IMG/VR virus record: IMGVR_UViG_3300044632_001218
Reading direction: 5' to 3' (one strand)
From: a virus
DNA: 64,000 nucleotides
Below, one piece after another: positions 38,797 through 48,771 of this stretch. Within the stretch, counting starts at the first letter, position 1. The number at the start of each line of letters is the position of its first letter. The notes under the pieces were generated by a model, which was given only the letters and a program-made list of their open reading frames with translations, had not been told where the DNA came from and made no database searches. Both the position numbers and the translations under genes were made by a program.

Positions 38797-39432
38797 ATGG
38801 CTTTAACTTTTAACGATAGAAGTATTGATGCTTTTAAATCAAGACTAAGAGGTGGTGGTGCTCGTAGCAACTTATTTGAAGTAAGTTTTGGTCAAGAGCA
38901 AACTGGATCACCAGCAGCAACTACATTAGATTCCTCAATTACACAAGGACTTGATTTTAATGATACTGATTTAATGATGATCAAGGCAGCAGGTCTTCCA
39001 GCTTCAAATATCACAGAAATTCCAGTTCCATTTAGAGGGAGAACCCTTAAAATTGCTGGTGATAGAACCTTTGACATTTGGACCATCACTGTTATCAATG
39101 ACACAGACTTCAAGTGGAGAAGTTTCTTTGAAAGATGGGTAAATTATATTGTCAAAGTTAATGATGGATCTGGTTCAATTAATCCAGCAGAGTATATGTG
39201 TGATATGAATGTTGTTCAACTTTCAAGAGGTCCTGCAACTCCACCAAATCAAAGAAACACTAATAGCATTGAAGTTTTAAGAAAGTATATTGTTAAGCAC
39301 GTATTTCCAACTGCAGTTTCTACTATTGACCTTTCTTATAATAATGAAAATGAAATTGAAGAGTTTACAGTAGACCTTCAGGTTCAATACTGGGAAGCTT
39401 TGACTGGATCAGGAGCTCCAGATATCGTCTAA
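38797..39432 (+). CDS. gp19: Tail tube protein gp19
   Basis: GGGAR.NLFEV, PFRGR.LKIAGDRTF..W and IEEF.V.LQVQYW motifs. Confidence 0.95.
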   Translation: MALTFNDRSIDAFKSRLRGGGARSNLFEVSFGQEQTGSPAATTLDSSITQGLDFNDTDLMMIKAAGLPASNITEIPVPFRGRTLKIAGDRTFDIWTITVINDTDFKWRSFFERWVNYIVKVNDGSGSINPAEYMCDMNVVQLSRGPATPPNQRNTNSIEVLRKYIVKHVFPTAVSTIDLSYNNENEIEEFTVDLQVQYWEALTGSGAPDIV

Positions 39433-39458
39433 ATACTTTTACAGTTTAAAATTATACT

Positions 39459-41147
39459 ATGCCAAAGCTTTTTGGATTTTCTATTGAAGATAAGCCAGAA
39501 TTACCTAAAGGTGCCATATCCCCTGTCCCCGAAAATAACGAGGATGGGGTTGATTACTATATTACATCTGGTTTTTATGGACAATATGTAGATATTGAAG
39601 GTGTATTCAGGAATGAATATGACTTGATTAAAAGATATCGTGAAATGTCACTGCACCCAGAGTGTGATAGTGCGATTGAAAATGTTGTTAATGAAGCAAT
39701 TATAAGTGACTTAAATGATTCTCCAGTAGAAATTGAATTAAGTAACTTAAATGCAAGTGATGGACTAAAAAAAATTATTAGAGAAGAATTTAAATACGTA
39801 AAAGATTTGATGGACTTTGATAAAAAGTCTCATGAAATTTTTAGAAATTGGTATGTTGATGGTCGCTTAATTTATCATAAAGTAATTGATTTAAAGAAAC
39901 CAGAAGAAGGTATTAAAGATATCAGAAGTATAGACCCCCTCAAAATAAAATTTATGAGGGTGGAAAGAAGAACTGGTAAGGAAGCTGGTATGTCTTTTGT
40001 TCCAGATACAAAAAATAAAGATGCTTTTATAGAACCAGAAATTGATGAGTATTTCATTTATTTTCCAGATGCCACAGTTCAAAAATATGCTTCATCTGGA
40101 AAAGGAATTCAAATTGCAAGAGATGCAATAACTTTTGTAACATCAGGTCTTGTAGATAGAAATAGAAAACTTACACTTTCATATCTACATAAAGCAATCA
40201 AAGCTCTCAATCAACTTAGAATGATTGAAGATGCTTTGGTCATTTACAGACTTTCAAGAGCACCAGAAAGAAGAATTTTTTACATTGATGTTGGCAACCT
40301 CCCTAAGGTAAAGGCAGAGCAATACCTTAGAGATGTCATGAACAGGTATAGAAACAAACTCGTTTATGATGCCAACACTGGCGAAATGCGTGATGATAAA
40401 AAGTTCATGAGTATGATGGAAGACTTTTGGCTTCCAAGAAGAGAGGGGGGAAGAGGAACTGAAATCACCACGCTTCCTGGTGGACAAAATCTTGGTGAAC
40501 TTGCTGATATTCATTATTTCCAAAAGAAACTGTTTAGAGCACTCAATGTTCCTGAGTCAAGAACTGCCTCTGATGGGGGATTTAATTTAGGACGTTCATC
40601 TGAAATTCTTCGTGATGAATTGATGTTTAGTAAGTTTATTGGAAGATTGAGAAAGAGATTCTGTCATTTATTTCATGATATGCTCAAGACTCAATTGATT
40701 CTCAAAAATATCGTTACCCCACAAGATTGGGAAAAAATGAGCGATCATATTCAGTATGATTATCTTTATGATAGTCATTTTACTGAATTAAAAGATAGTG
40801 AATTGATGAATGAAAGATTGAATCTTGCTGCAGCAATTCAACCTTATATTGGAACTTATTATTCTAAGGATTATGTAAGAAGGAAAATTCTGAGACAAAC
40901 TGACCAAGAAATTGTAGACCAGAATAGATTAATTGATAAGGAAATTAAAAATGGTGATTATGCCAATCCCAAAGAAAATCCTCCTGTGGGACCAAATGGT
41001 TCACCAATTTTACCAATAACACAAGACCAACAAATGCAAATGTTAGGTCAAGTTCCAATGGAACCTGGACTTGAAGGACAAAGTTCTTCTGTTGATGCTG
41101 AAGCACAATCCGCAACCAATATTAACACCAAAGCAGCAAAAATATAA
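39459..41147 (+). CDS. gp20: Portal protein gp20
   Basis: KALNQLRMIEDALVIYRLSRAPERRIFYIDVGNLPK and EDFWLPRREGGRGTEI motifs. Confidence 0.98.
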   Translation: MPKLFGFSIEDKPELPKGAISPVPENNEDGVDYYITSGFYGQYVDIEGVFRNEYDLIKRYREMSLHPECDSAIENVVNEAIISDLNDSPVEIELSNLNASDGLKKIIREEFKYVKDLMDFDKKSHEIFRNWYVDGRLIYHKVIDLKKPEEGIKDIRSIDPLKIKFMRVERRTGKEAGMSFVPDTKNKDAFIEPEIDEYFIYFPDATVQKYASSGKGIQIARDAITFVTSGLVDRNRKLTLSYLHKAIKALNQLRMIEDALVIYRLSRAPERRIFYIDVGNLPKVKAEQYLRDVMNRYRNKLVYDANTGEMRDDKKFMSMMEDFWLPRREGGRGTEITTLPGGQNLGELADIHYFQKKLFRALNVPESRTASDGGFNLGRSSEILRDELMFSKFIGRLRKRFCHLFHDMLKTQLILKNIVTPQDWEKMSDHIQYDYLYDSHFTELKDSELMNERLNLAAAIQPYIGTYYSKDYVRRKILRQTDQEIVDQNRLIDKEIKNGDYANPKENPPVGPNGSPILPITQDQQMQMLGQVPMEPGLEGQSSSVDAEAQSATNINTKAAKI

Positions 41148-41150
41148 ATA
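41143..41150 (+). promoter_or_regulatory. T4 late promoter TATAAATA
   Basis: Exact consensus at the end of gp20. Confidence 0.8.
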
Positions 41151-41175
41151 CTTCTATAAACTTTGAGGATTTTTT

Positions 41176-41355
41176 ATGGATTCTGATAATGATTTGTTGA
41201 GTATCTTAATGACTGATAATTCTGCAGAAAAAGTTTCTGATAAAATTAAGGAACTTCTTTATGCAAAATCTGCAGAAAAAATTAATTCATTGAGACCAGT
41301 TGTGGCACAATCTATGTTTGGTGATGCCCAATATCAAGAAACAGAGGGAGATTGA
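41176..41355 (+). CDS. Small conserved prohead-core-like protein, 59 aa (MDSDNDLLSILMTDNSAEKVSDKIKELLYAKSAEKI...), absent from the ORF track
   Basis: Open frame after the late promoter; TGATG coupling; position matches the small gene after gp20 in T4-like cyanophages. Confidence 0.75.
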   Translation: MDSDNDLLSILMTDNSAEKVSDKIKELLYAKSAEKINSLRPVVAQSMFGDAQYQETEGD

Positions 41356-41876
41356 TGGCTTTAAAAATTGCACAAGTAGTACCTACATTAGCAGTTGTTT
41401 CTGGAGTAACAACCAGCACAGCATTTGAATTAACTTCTGGATACTTGAGATTAACCTCAAGTGTTGGATGTAATGTTGTTGTTGGTTCAAATCCATCAGC
41501 ATCAACTAATGATTTTTATCTGGCACCAAATGAATCAGAAATTATAAAAGAAAAAGTTGCCAGACAAAAAATTGTAGGTATTACTACTGGGTCTTCTACC
41601 ATTATAAATTTGGGTCATAATAATGGAAATCCATTTGTTGTTGGTGATTATGTAACTATTGCAGGTTCTGTTGGTATCAACACCTCCCACAATGAAGTGA
41701 CAGCAATTGCTGAAAATATTGCCAATACAACTATTACAATTAATTACAATAGTTCTGCTGTTGGTGTTCCAACAATTACAAGTGCATATGTTTCAAAAAG
41801 TGTAAAAGTGTCTGCAGCAGCAACTACTTCAGGTTCTTTATACATTACAGAAGTTCAAATAGCATCACAGGCATAA
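41355..41876 (+). CDS. Conserved virion-associated hypothetical protein
   Basis: ORF track; between the portal region and gp21. Confidence 0.7.
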   Translation: MALKIAQVVPTLAVVSGVTTSTAFELTSGYLRLTSSVGCNVVVGSNPSASTNDFYLAPNESEIIKEKVARQKIVGITTGSSTIINLGHNNGNPFVVGDYVTIAGSVGINTSHNEVTAIAENIANTTITINYNSSAVGVPTITSAYVSKSVKVSAAATTSGSLYITEVQIASQA

Positions 41877-41880
41877 TCAA

Positions 41881-42531
41881 ATGAAACTCATCACGGAAGA
41901 AATAGAATCAGTAGAAATCATCAAAGAAGAAAAGGATGGTAAACAATCCCTGTATATTACAGGACCTTTTCTTCAAGCTGAAATCACTAATAGAAATGGC
42001 AGATGTTATCCATTTCCAATTCTTGAACGTGAAGTAAAAAGGTACACTGATAACTTCATCAAAAATGGTCGTGCTCTTGGAGAACTTGGCCATCCAGATG
42101 GTCCTACAGTAAATCTTGATAGAGTTTCTCATATGATTACTGCCCTCACGGCAGAAGGAAATAATTTTGTAGGAAAGGCAAAAATTCTTGATACTCCTAT
42201 GGGCAACATTGCCAAATCTCTTTTGGATGAGGGTGTTAAGCTTGGGGTTTCTTCCAGAGGACTTGGTTCTATGGTAGAAAAAAATGGAGTAAAATATGTT
42301 GGTGAAGATTTTATGTTAGCAACTGCTGCTGATATTGTTGCAGATCCTTCTGCTCCTGATGCTTTTGTTCAGGGAATTATGGAAGGTAAAGAGTGGGTTT
42401 GGGAAGGTGGTATTCTTAAAGAAAAAGCAGCAGAAAATACAAGAAGAAGAATTGAATTATATTCAAAACAGAGAAAATTGAGTGAGCAGAAAAAACTTAA
42501 ACTTCTGAATGATTATCTCACAAATCTGTAA
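41881..42531 (+). CDS. gp21: Prohead core protease gp21
   Basis: MKLITE, ALGELGHP, LGVSSRG.GS and ADIVADPSAPDAFV motifs. Confidence 0.97.
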   Translation: MKLITEEIESVEIIKEEKDGKQSLYITGPFLQAEITNRNGRCYPFPILEREVKRYTDNFIKNGRALGELGHPDGPTVNLDRVSHMITALTAEGNNFVGKAKILDTPMGNIAKSLLDEGVKLGVSSRGLGSMVEKNGVKYVGEDFMLATAADIVADPSAPDAFVQGIMEGKEWVWEGGILKEKAAENTRRRIELYSKQRKLSEQKKLKLLNDYLTNL

Positions 42532-42533
42532 TT

Positions 42534-42541
42534 TATAAATA
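42534..42541 (+). promoter_or_regulatory. T4 late promoter TATAAATA
   Basis: Exact consensus upstream of gp22. Confidence 0.85.
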
Positions 42542-42582
42542 AATATAGAATAAATCAAAGATTTTTTATTCGGAGTATACAA

Positions 42583-43755
42583 ATGAGTGCCGGTAACAAC
42601 TTACAAGAAATGGAAGTATCTACTAAAAAATCAGTCACCTCTGTAAACAAAGGTGCAAGACCTGCTGAATCAATGCCAAGTTTTGATGCAAAAGTACAAG
42701 GTCAATCAGGTTCATGGGAAGATCTTGGTGGTCCTACCCCAACTGAGAATCATCCTTTAGGAGATTCAAACAAGTTGAAAACTCCTAGTGCTACTCTTAA
42801 GCAAGTTAAGAATGTAGTCAACAAAGGAGCTAAGTCTGCTGACTCAATGCCTGCTAAAATTGTTGGCAAGGAAGCAAGTTATGAAGAAGTTGAGACTGAT
42901 GAAGAACTTGTAGAAGACTCTGAAGAAGATACTAATGCAGTAGTTTCAGAAGCTGAGCATAAGGGTGAGAAGGGTAAGGGGGAGAAAGAAGAGAAGAAAG
43001 ATGAGGATGAAGAAGAAGAAGAAGAAGATATGGAAGAAGAGTTTGAACTCAACTTCACAGAAGATGTTAATGCAATGATTGGTGGTGAAGACCTTTCCGA
43101 AGAGTTCAAAGAGAAAGCAACTCTCATTTTTGAAACTGCAGTTAAAACTAAAATTGCAGAAATTAAAGAATCACTTGAGAATAAGTTCAACAAAGCACTT
43201 GTTGAAGAAGTTGTTGCAATCAAAGAAGAATTAACAGGAAGAGTAGATGCTTATCTTGAGTATGTTGCTGAAGAGTGGATTGATGAAAATGCTCTTCAGA
43301 TTGAGAATGGACTGAAAGGAGAACTTTCAGAATCATTCATGAGTGGTCTGAAGTCACTCTTTGAAGAACATTATGTAGAAATCCCTGAAGATAGATATGA
43401 TGTATTAGAGAATATGGTTATGAGATTAGATGAAATGGAAGAAAAACTCAACGAACAAATCGAAAGAAATGTTCAATTAAATCAAAGATTAAGTGAGGCT
43501 GTAAGCGATACCATTTTCAATGATGTCGCTGAAGGGTTAGCTTTAACTCAGAAGGAGAAGCTTGCTGGTCTTGCTGAAAGTGTTGAGTTTGATAGTGAAG
43601 ATACATATCGTGAAAAACTTGAATCTCTTAAGGAATCATATTTCCATAGAGCAACAGGTTCTTCGAAAAATGAGGTATTGACTGAACAAGCAGGTGAGGA
43701 CTTTGGTCCCCATATGAATGCTTATCTCAGAGCAATTTCCAAATATTCTAAGTGA
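42583..43755 (+). CDS. gp22: Prohead core scaffold protein gp22
   Basis: EDLSEEFK.KA..IFE.AV, YL.YVAEEW..EN and LKSLFEEHY motifs; poly-Glu tract. Confidence 0.93.
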   Translation: MSAGNNLQEMEVSTKKSVTSVNKGARPAESMPSFDAKVQGQSGSWEDLGGPTPTENHPLGDSNKLKTPSATLKQVKNVVNKGAKSADSMPAKIVGKEASYEEVETDEELVEDSEEDTNAVVSEAEHKGEKGKGEKEEKKDEDEEEEEEDMEEEFELNFTEDVNAMIGGEDLSEEFKEKATLIFETAVKTKIAEIKESLENKFNKALVEEVVAIKEELTGRVDAYLEYVAEEWIDENALQIENGLKGELSESFMSGLKSLFEEHYVEIPEDRYDVLENMVMRLDEMEEKLNEQIERNVQLNQRLSEAVSDTIFNDVAEGLALTQKEKLAGLAESVEFDSEDTYREKLESLKESYFHRATGSSKNEVLTEQAGEDFGPHMNAYLRAISKYSK

Positions 43756-43768
43756 AATTAATCTTAAT

Positions 43769-43776
43769 TATAAATA
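43769..43776 (+). promoter_or_regulatory. T4 late promoter TATAAATA
   Basis: Exact consensus upstream of gp23. Confidence 0.85.
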
Positions 43777-43824
43777 ATTTCAGTTAAAACAACACTTTTA
43801 CAAGAAAAACAAGGAGAAAAAGCA

Positions 43825-45276
43825 ATGTTCCTTTCAGAACAATTGCAGAAAAAGTGGGAACCCCTTTTAGAGGCAGAAGGTCTTGATAAGATCTCTGACC
43901 CATATAGAAAGGCTGTTACTGCTGTTCTGCTCGAAAACCAAGAAAGATTTTTACAAGAAGAAAGAGGTTTCCTTTCTGAAACCCCTGCAGGGATGTATGC
44001 CAGCACTGCTGGTGCTGGTGGTGCTGCTGGTTTCAGTCATGGTGCTGCTCCAGGTGGTCCAGTTGCAGGTTTTGACCCTGTTCTGATCTCATTGATCAGA
44101 CGTTCAATGCCTAACCTTGTTGCATATGATCTCGCTGGTGTTCAACCAATGAGTGGTCCTACTGGACTTATCTTTGCAATGAGAAGCAGATATGTTGACC
44201 AGAATGGTAATGAGACCTTCTTTGATGAAGTTGACTCAGCATACTCTGGTCAAGATGATGGTTACAATACCACAACTGGCGACTACACTGGTGGTTCAGA
44301 TGATGGTTCTTCAGTTGGTTTTGGTACTACTGGTTTCCAAGGTAGTGGTGCTACTGCTGCTCAAAAGACTGCTTATGGTTTCAACCCCGCAGACCTGAAT
44401 GCTTCTGGTGCAACTGGAAGAGAGTACAGAGTTGGACAAGGTATGTCCACCTATGATGCAGAAAATCTGGGTGCTGGTTCAGGTGACCAGTTCAACCAGA
44501 TGGCATTCAGCATTGAGAGAATCTCTGTGACTGCAAAGTCAAGAGCACTCAAAGCTGAGTACACTCTGGAACTGGCACAGGACCTCAAGGCTATTCATGG
44601 TCTTGATGCTGAAGCAGAATTGGCAAACATTCTGTCTTCAGAAATCCTTGCTGAAATCAACAGAGAAGTCATCAGAACTATCTACAAGGCTGCTGAGCCT
44701 GGTGCACAAGTCAATGTTGCTAATGCTGGCACCTTTGACCTTGATGTTGACTCAAATGGTAGATGGTCTGTTGAGAAGTTCAAAGGACTTCTGTTCCAGA
44801 TCGAAAGAGATGCTAATGCTATTGCATATAGAACTCGTAGAGGGAAGGGTAACACCATTCTTTGCTCATCTGATGTTGCTTCTGCACTCACAATGGCAGG
44901 AATCCTGGATTACACCCCTGCACTCAATGCTAACCTGAGTGTTGATGATACTGGCAATACTTTTGCTGGTGTTATTAATGGTAAGTTCAAGGTATACATT
45001 GACCCATATTCTGCTAACCTTTCTGCTAACCAATACTATGTTGTTGGTTACAAGGGAACCAATCCTTATGATGCTGGTCTGTTCTACTGCCCATACGTTC
45101 CTCTCCAGATGGTTCGTGCTGTTGGTCAGGACACCTTCCAGCCCAAGATTGGATTCAAGACCAGATATGGTATGGTTGCTAACCCATTTGCAAATGGTCT
45201 TGATAAGGATCTGGGTGCCATCAAGGCTGGTGCTAACAGATACTACAGAAGAGTTGCTGTTAAGAACCTCATGTGA
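43825..45276 (+). CDS. gp23: Major capsid protein gp23
   Basis: GFDPVLISLIRRSMPNL.AYD..GVQPMSGPTGLIFAMR, TAKSRALKAEYT.ELAQDLKA.HGLDAE and FQPKIGFKTRYG motifs. Confidence 0.99.
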   Translation: MFLSEQLQKKWEPLLEAEGLDKISDPYRKAVTAVLLENQERFLQEERGFLSETPAGMYASTAGAGGAAGFSHGAAPGGPVAGFDPVLISLIRRSMPNLVAYDLAGVQPMSGPTGLIFAMRSRYVDQNGNETFFDEVDSAYSGQDDGYNTTTGDYTGGSDDGSSVGFGTTGFQGSGATAAQKTAYGFNPADLNASGATGREYRVGQGMSTYDAENLGAGSGDQFNQMAFSIERISVTAKSRALKAEYTLELAQDLKAIHGLDAEAELANILSSEILAEINREVIRTIYKAAEPGAQVNVANAGTFDLDVDSNGRWSVEKFKGLLFQIERDANAIAYRTRRGKGNTILCSSDVASALTMAGILDYTPALNANLSVDDTGNTFAGVINGKFKVYIDPYSANLSANQYYVVGYKGTNPYDAGLFYCPYVPLQMVRAVGQDTFQPKIGFKTRYGMVANPFANGLDKDLGAIKAGANRYYRRVAVKNLM

Positions 45277-45295
45277 GTTTATCTCACATATTTTC

Positions 45296-45323
45296 AAGGA
45301 CCTCCAAAAGAGGTCCTTTTTTT
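45296..45323 (+). terminator. Intrinsic terminator after gp23 (AAGGACCTC-CAAAA-GAGGTCCTT-TTTTT)
   Basis: 9-bp stem plus U-tract. Confidence 0.9.
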
Positions 45324-45344
45324 ATGTCCTAAATAATTAAAAAA

Positions 45345-45896
45345 ATGTCTTCTAGTTATTTAAATCGTACTCCAACAAATAAAAACCTATTGTCGCCAAT
45401 AGGGTTTAAGTTCGTTTTAGATAAGGCACCCAAAGTAGACTTTTTTTCCAACTATGCAGGAATTCCTGCCATTACATTGGGTTCCGCAATTCAAACTCGC
45501 TATGGGAAGAATATTGATATTCCTGGCGATAAAATGAACTTTGAAGATTTTCGTCTACGTTTTCTTGTAGATGAAGATATGGAAAACTACATGGAAATAT
45601 GGAACTGGATGACTGGTTTGGGGTTCCCATACAGTTTAGAGCAGTATGCAGACCTAAGAGAAAATTCTGACAAATACAATTCTGAAGCATTGAAGAATGA
45701 TTTCTATGAAAGGTCTGATGCAACCCTAAACATTTTGAACAGCAGTTTCAATGTTCAATCTCAAGTTATTTTTGATGGATTATATCCGGTCTACTTATCA
45801 GGTCTAGACTTTGATGCTACACAAGAAGACATTAGATATTTTACTGCAGAGGTAACTTTCAAGTATACTTACTATAGAATTATTACAGGTTTATGA
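45345..45896 (+). CDS. gp3: Tail completion/head-proximal tip protein gp3
   Basis: N.LSPIGFKF, PGDK..FE.F.L.FLVDE.MENY.EI.NW motifs; CTAAATA upstream. Confidence 0.92.
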   Translation: MSSSYLNRTPTNKNLLSPIGFKFVLDKAPKVDFFSNYAGIPAITLGSAIQTRYGKNIDIPGDKMNFEDFRLRFLVDEDMENYMEIWNWMTGLGFPYSLEQYADLRENSDKYNSEALKNDFYERSDATLNILNSSFNVQSQVIFDGLYPVYLSGLDFDATQEDIRYFTAEVTFKYTYYRIITGL

Positions 45897-46324
45897 TTTC
45901 TCTTGAAAATATTCAATCTATGTGGAGTGAAGACTCCAAAATCAACATAGATGACTTACACAATGAATCTTTAAAAGTTGCAAGTTTACACTCAAAATAT
46001 TATGAAATATACAATAACATTTCACTATTGAGAAAAAGAGCAGAGGTTCAATATAACCATAAAAGATTAGAAAGATATAATTTTTATGCAGGGAAAGCAT
46101 CACCTGATGTTTATAAGGAAGAACCATTTCCATATAAAGTCAGGGATAAAGAAGGAATGCAAAGACACATTGAAGCTGATGAAAAACTATCAGAAATGTT
46201 TATGAAAATAGAATATTATGATATAATATTAAAATACTTAGAAGAAATTATTAAAATGATTTCCAACAGAACTTATCAAATTAAAAACTCCATTGACTTT
46301 TTAAGATTCCAGTCTGGTATGTAA
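45893..46324 (+). CDS. uvsY: Recombination mediator UvsY
   Basis: IQSMWSEDSKI..DDLH.ESLK...LH.KYY and RTYQIKN.ID motifs. Confidence 0.9.
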   Translation: MISLENIQSMWSEDSKINIDDLHNESLKVASLHSKYYEIYNNISLLRKRAEVQYNHKRLERYNFYAGKASPDVYKEEPFPYKVRDKEGMQRHIEADEKLSEMFMKIEYYDIILKYLEEIIKMISNRTYQIKNSIDFLRFQSGM

Positions 46325-46325
46325 T

Positions 46326-47789
46326 ATGTCTGATTTAGTGATTTCAAAAAAGAACGAAATATTTTTAAAAATAGAATGCGAACCACATATCAAATATGAA
46401 TTGAGTGATCAGTTTACCTTTGATGTTCCTGGTGCCAAGTTCATGCCTCAGTATAGAAGTAAGTACTGGGATGGTAAAATTCGTTTATTCAACTTACAAA
46501 CAGGAGAAATCTATTCTGGTTTATTGGATAAACTTATTTCCTTCTGCGAAAATCACAACTATACTTTTGAATTATTAGATAACAAATATTATGGTCTTCC
46601 TGGAGAAATGGATGAGTCTATTTCTATGGAAGGTGTTAAAGATTACATGACTAGTATTTGTTCTCACAGTCCAAGAGATTATCAAATACAAGGAGTTTAT
46701 GATGCATTAAAATATAAAAGAAAATTAATATTATCTCCTACTGCATCAGGAAAATCATTGATGATTTATTCTGTAGTTAGATACTTTGTAGAGCAGAATC
46801 AGAATGTTCTCCTTATAGTCCCCACCACATCCCTTGTAGAGCAGATGTATAAGGACTTTGAGGATTATGGATGGAACTCAGAGGAATACTGCCACAGAGT
46901 CTATGGAGGCAGTGATAGAGTATCAGATAAGCAAGTAATCATATCTACTTGGCAATCAATATACAAGTTAGATAAATCATATTTTCAAAAATTTGATGTA
47001 GTAATTGGAGATGAAGCTCATCAATTCAAATCCAAATCACTTGTATCTATTATGTCTAATCTTCATGATGCAAAATATAGATTTGGATTCACAGGAACAC
47101 TTGATGGAACACAGACTCATAAACTTGTTCTTGAAGGTTTATTTGGCCCAACATATAAATTAATTAAAACTGATGAATTGATTAAGAAAGGATATCTTTC
47201 TAAATTGAATATTAAAGTTCTTCTTCTCAAACACAATCCACAATCATTTGAAACTTATGAAGATGAAGTTCAATATTTAATTACACATCAACGAAGAAAT
47301 AACTTTATCAAAAACTTATCAATAAGTTTAGAAGGAAATACTTTGATTTTGTTTAGTAGGGTTTCTACTCATGGGGAACCTTTATATGATCTCATAAATA
47401 AGAACATAGGTGATAATAGAAAAATATTTTTCATCCACGGTGGTGTTGATACTGAAGAAAGAGAATTAGTCAGAAAAATTGCAGAAGAAGAATCTAATGC
47501 AATCATAGTTGCTTCTTATGGGACATTCAGTACAGGAATAAACATTAAAAATCTTCACAATATAATATTTTCATCTCCAAGTAAATCAAGAATCAGAAAC
47601 CTACAATCAATAGGAAGAGTTCTTAGAAAAAGTAAAGAAAAAGTATCAGCAACACTTTATGATATTGCTGATGATATTACTAACAAAAGTAAAAGAAATT
47701 ATACTCTTAATCATTTAGTAGAAAGAATTAAAATCTACAATGAAGAAAACTTTAATTATGAAATTGTAACAATAGACTTTAAAAAATAA
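46326..47789 (+). CDS. uvsW: SF2 helicase UvsW
   Basis: PRDYQ, SPTASGKS, DEAH, TGT and LQSIGR.LR motifs. Confidence 0.96.
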   Translation: MSDLVISKKNEIFLKIECEPHIKYELSDQFTFDVPGAKFMPQYRSKYWDGKIRLFNLQTGEIYSGLLDKLISFCENHNYTFELLDNKYYGLPGEMDESISMEGVKDYMTSICSHSPRDYQIQGVYDALKYKRKLILSPTASGKSLMIYSVVRYFVEQNQNVLLIVPTTSLVEQMYKDFEDYGWNSEEYCHRVYGGSDRVSDKQVIISTWQSIYKLDKSYFQKFDVVIGDEAHQFKSKSLVSIMSNLHDAKYRFGFTGTLDGTQTHKLVLEGLFGPTYKLIKTDELIKKGYLSKLNIKVLLLKHNPQSFETYEDEVQYLITHQRRNNFIKNLSISLEGNTLILFSRVSTHGEPLYDLINKNIGDNRKIFFIHGGVDTEERELVRKIAEEESNAIIVASYGTFSTGINIKNLHNIIFSSPSKSRIRNLQSIGRVLRKSKEKVSATLYDIADDITNKSKRNYTLNHLVERIKIYNEENFNYEIVTIDFKK

Positions 47790-48167
47790 ATGGATAACGA
47801 ATTTTATGCATCAATTAAATTAGTATCAGGTGAAGAAATCTTTGCATTGGTCTCTCCATCAGAAGAAGAAGATAGAACTCTTTTAATTCTTGACACTCCT
47901 GTTATCATTGAACCAATGGTATCTAAAAGTCAAGGAATAGTTGGATATAAAGTTAAGCCTTGGATGTGTATTCCTGATGATGATATTTACATTATTGATA
48001 TGAATAAAGTCATTACCATGACTGAAATTTATAATGATCAAATCATTAGAGTTTATGAAAAGTACACCAAAAATTCTTCTCAAGTATCTTTAGAGAAGAC
48101 TGTAGGATTCATTTCTAAAGTGGATGAAGCTCGTAAAGTACTTGAAAAACTCTATAACAGTAATTAA
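47790..48167 (+). CDS. Conserved hypothetical protein between uvsW and gp55
   Basis: ASIKLVSGEEIFA...KPWM motif; synteny. Confidence 0.8.
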   Translation: MDNEFYASIKLVSGEEIFALVSPSEEEDRTLLILDTPVIIEPMVSKSQGIVGYKVKPWMCIPDDDIYIIDMNKVITMTEIYNDQIIRVYEKYTKNSSQVSLEKTVGFISKVDEARKVLEKLYNSN

Positions 48168-48198
48168 GCCGTACCTATCCTTCAAACCTAACAGAGTG

Positions 48199-48227
48199 AT
48201 TCTAACCATATTCGAGGAAGTTGTCAA
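48199..48227 (-). promoter_or_regulatory. Overlapping leftward (antisense) promoter TTGACA-17-TAGAAT
   Basis: Reverse complement of TGTCAA 48222-48227 and ATTCTA 48199-48204; spacer exactly 17. Confidence 0.6.
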
Positions 48228-48249
48228 CTCCTTGATTTAATGGTATACT
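48221..48249 (+). promoter_or_regulatory. Sigma70-type (middle) promoter TTGTCA-17-TATACT for gp55
   Basis: TTGTCA 48221-48226, TATACT 48244-48249. Confidence 0.7.
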
Positions 48250-48282
48250 AACATTACTAAATTATATTATGAAACAAAGTTA

Positions 48283-48771
48283 ATGAGTATATTAATGGTC
48301 AGAGGTAAAAAGAAATCAGAGCATTATGTAAACAATAAAGAGTTTTATCAAGCTCTTGTTGAATACAATAAGAAAGTAGATGAAGCAAAGTCATTAGGTC
48401 TCCCTAAACCAAGAATCACAAATTATCTTGGTGACTGCTTCTTACGCATTGCCAATCATCTTGCATACAAACCAAACTTCGTGAACTACATGTTCAAGGA
48501 TGATATGATTTGTGATGGAATTGAAAATTGCGTTCAATATATTCATAACTTTGATATAAACAGAACCAATCCTTTTGCATACTTTACCCAAATTGTTTAT
48601 TATGCATTCTTAAGAAGAATTGCCAAAGAGAAGAAACAGTTAGAAATCAAATCTAAAATCATAGAAAGATCTGGTTATGATGAAGTATTCTCTATAGATG
48701 ATCCAGATTTTAGTGGAGGATATTCTGATATGAATAGTATCAAAGATAATATTAATTATAGATTTCAATGA
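48283..48771 (+). CDS. gp55: Late-transcription sigma factor gp55
   Basis: HYVNNKEF, LRIANHLAYKPNF.NY.F..DMI.DGIENC and NPFAYFTQI.YYAFLRRI.KEKKQ motifs. Confidence 0.96.
   Translation: MSILMVRGKKKSEHYVNNKEFYQALVEYNKKVDEAKSLGLPKPRITNYLGDCFLRIANHLAYKPNFVNYMFKDDMICDGIENCVQYIHNFDINRTNPFAYFTQIVYYAFLRRIAKEKKQLEIKSKIIERSGYDEVFSIDDPDFSGGYSDMNSIKDNINYRFQ

Noticed and set aside
42879-43223. Minus-strand poly-Ser ORF
   Set aside because: Reverse complement of the Glu/Asp-rich GAA tract of gp22.
48185-48200. ACCTAACAGAGTGA resembling ACCTACAGAGGTGA at about 3261
   Set aside because: Short, gapped similarity with only two instances; likely chance.
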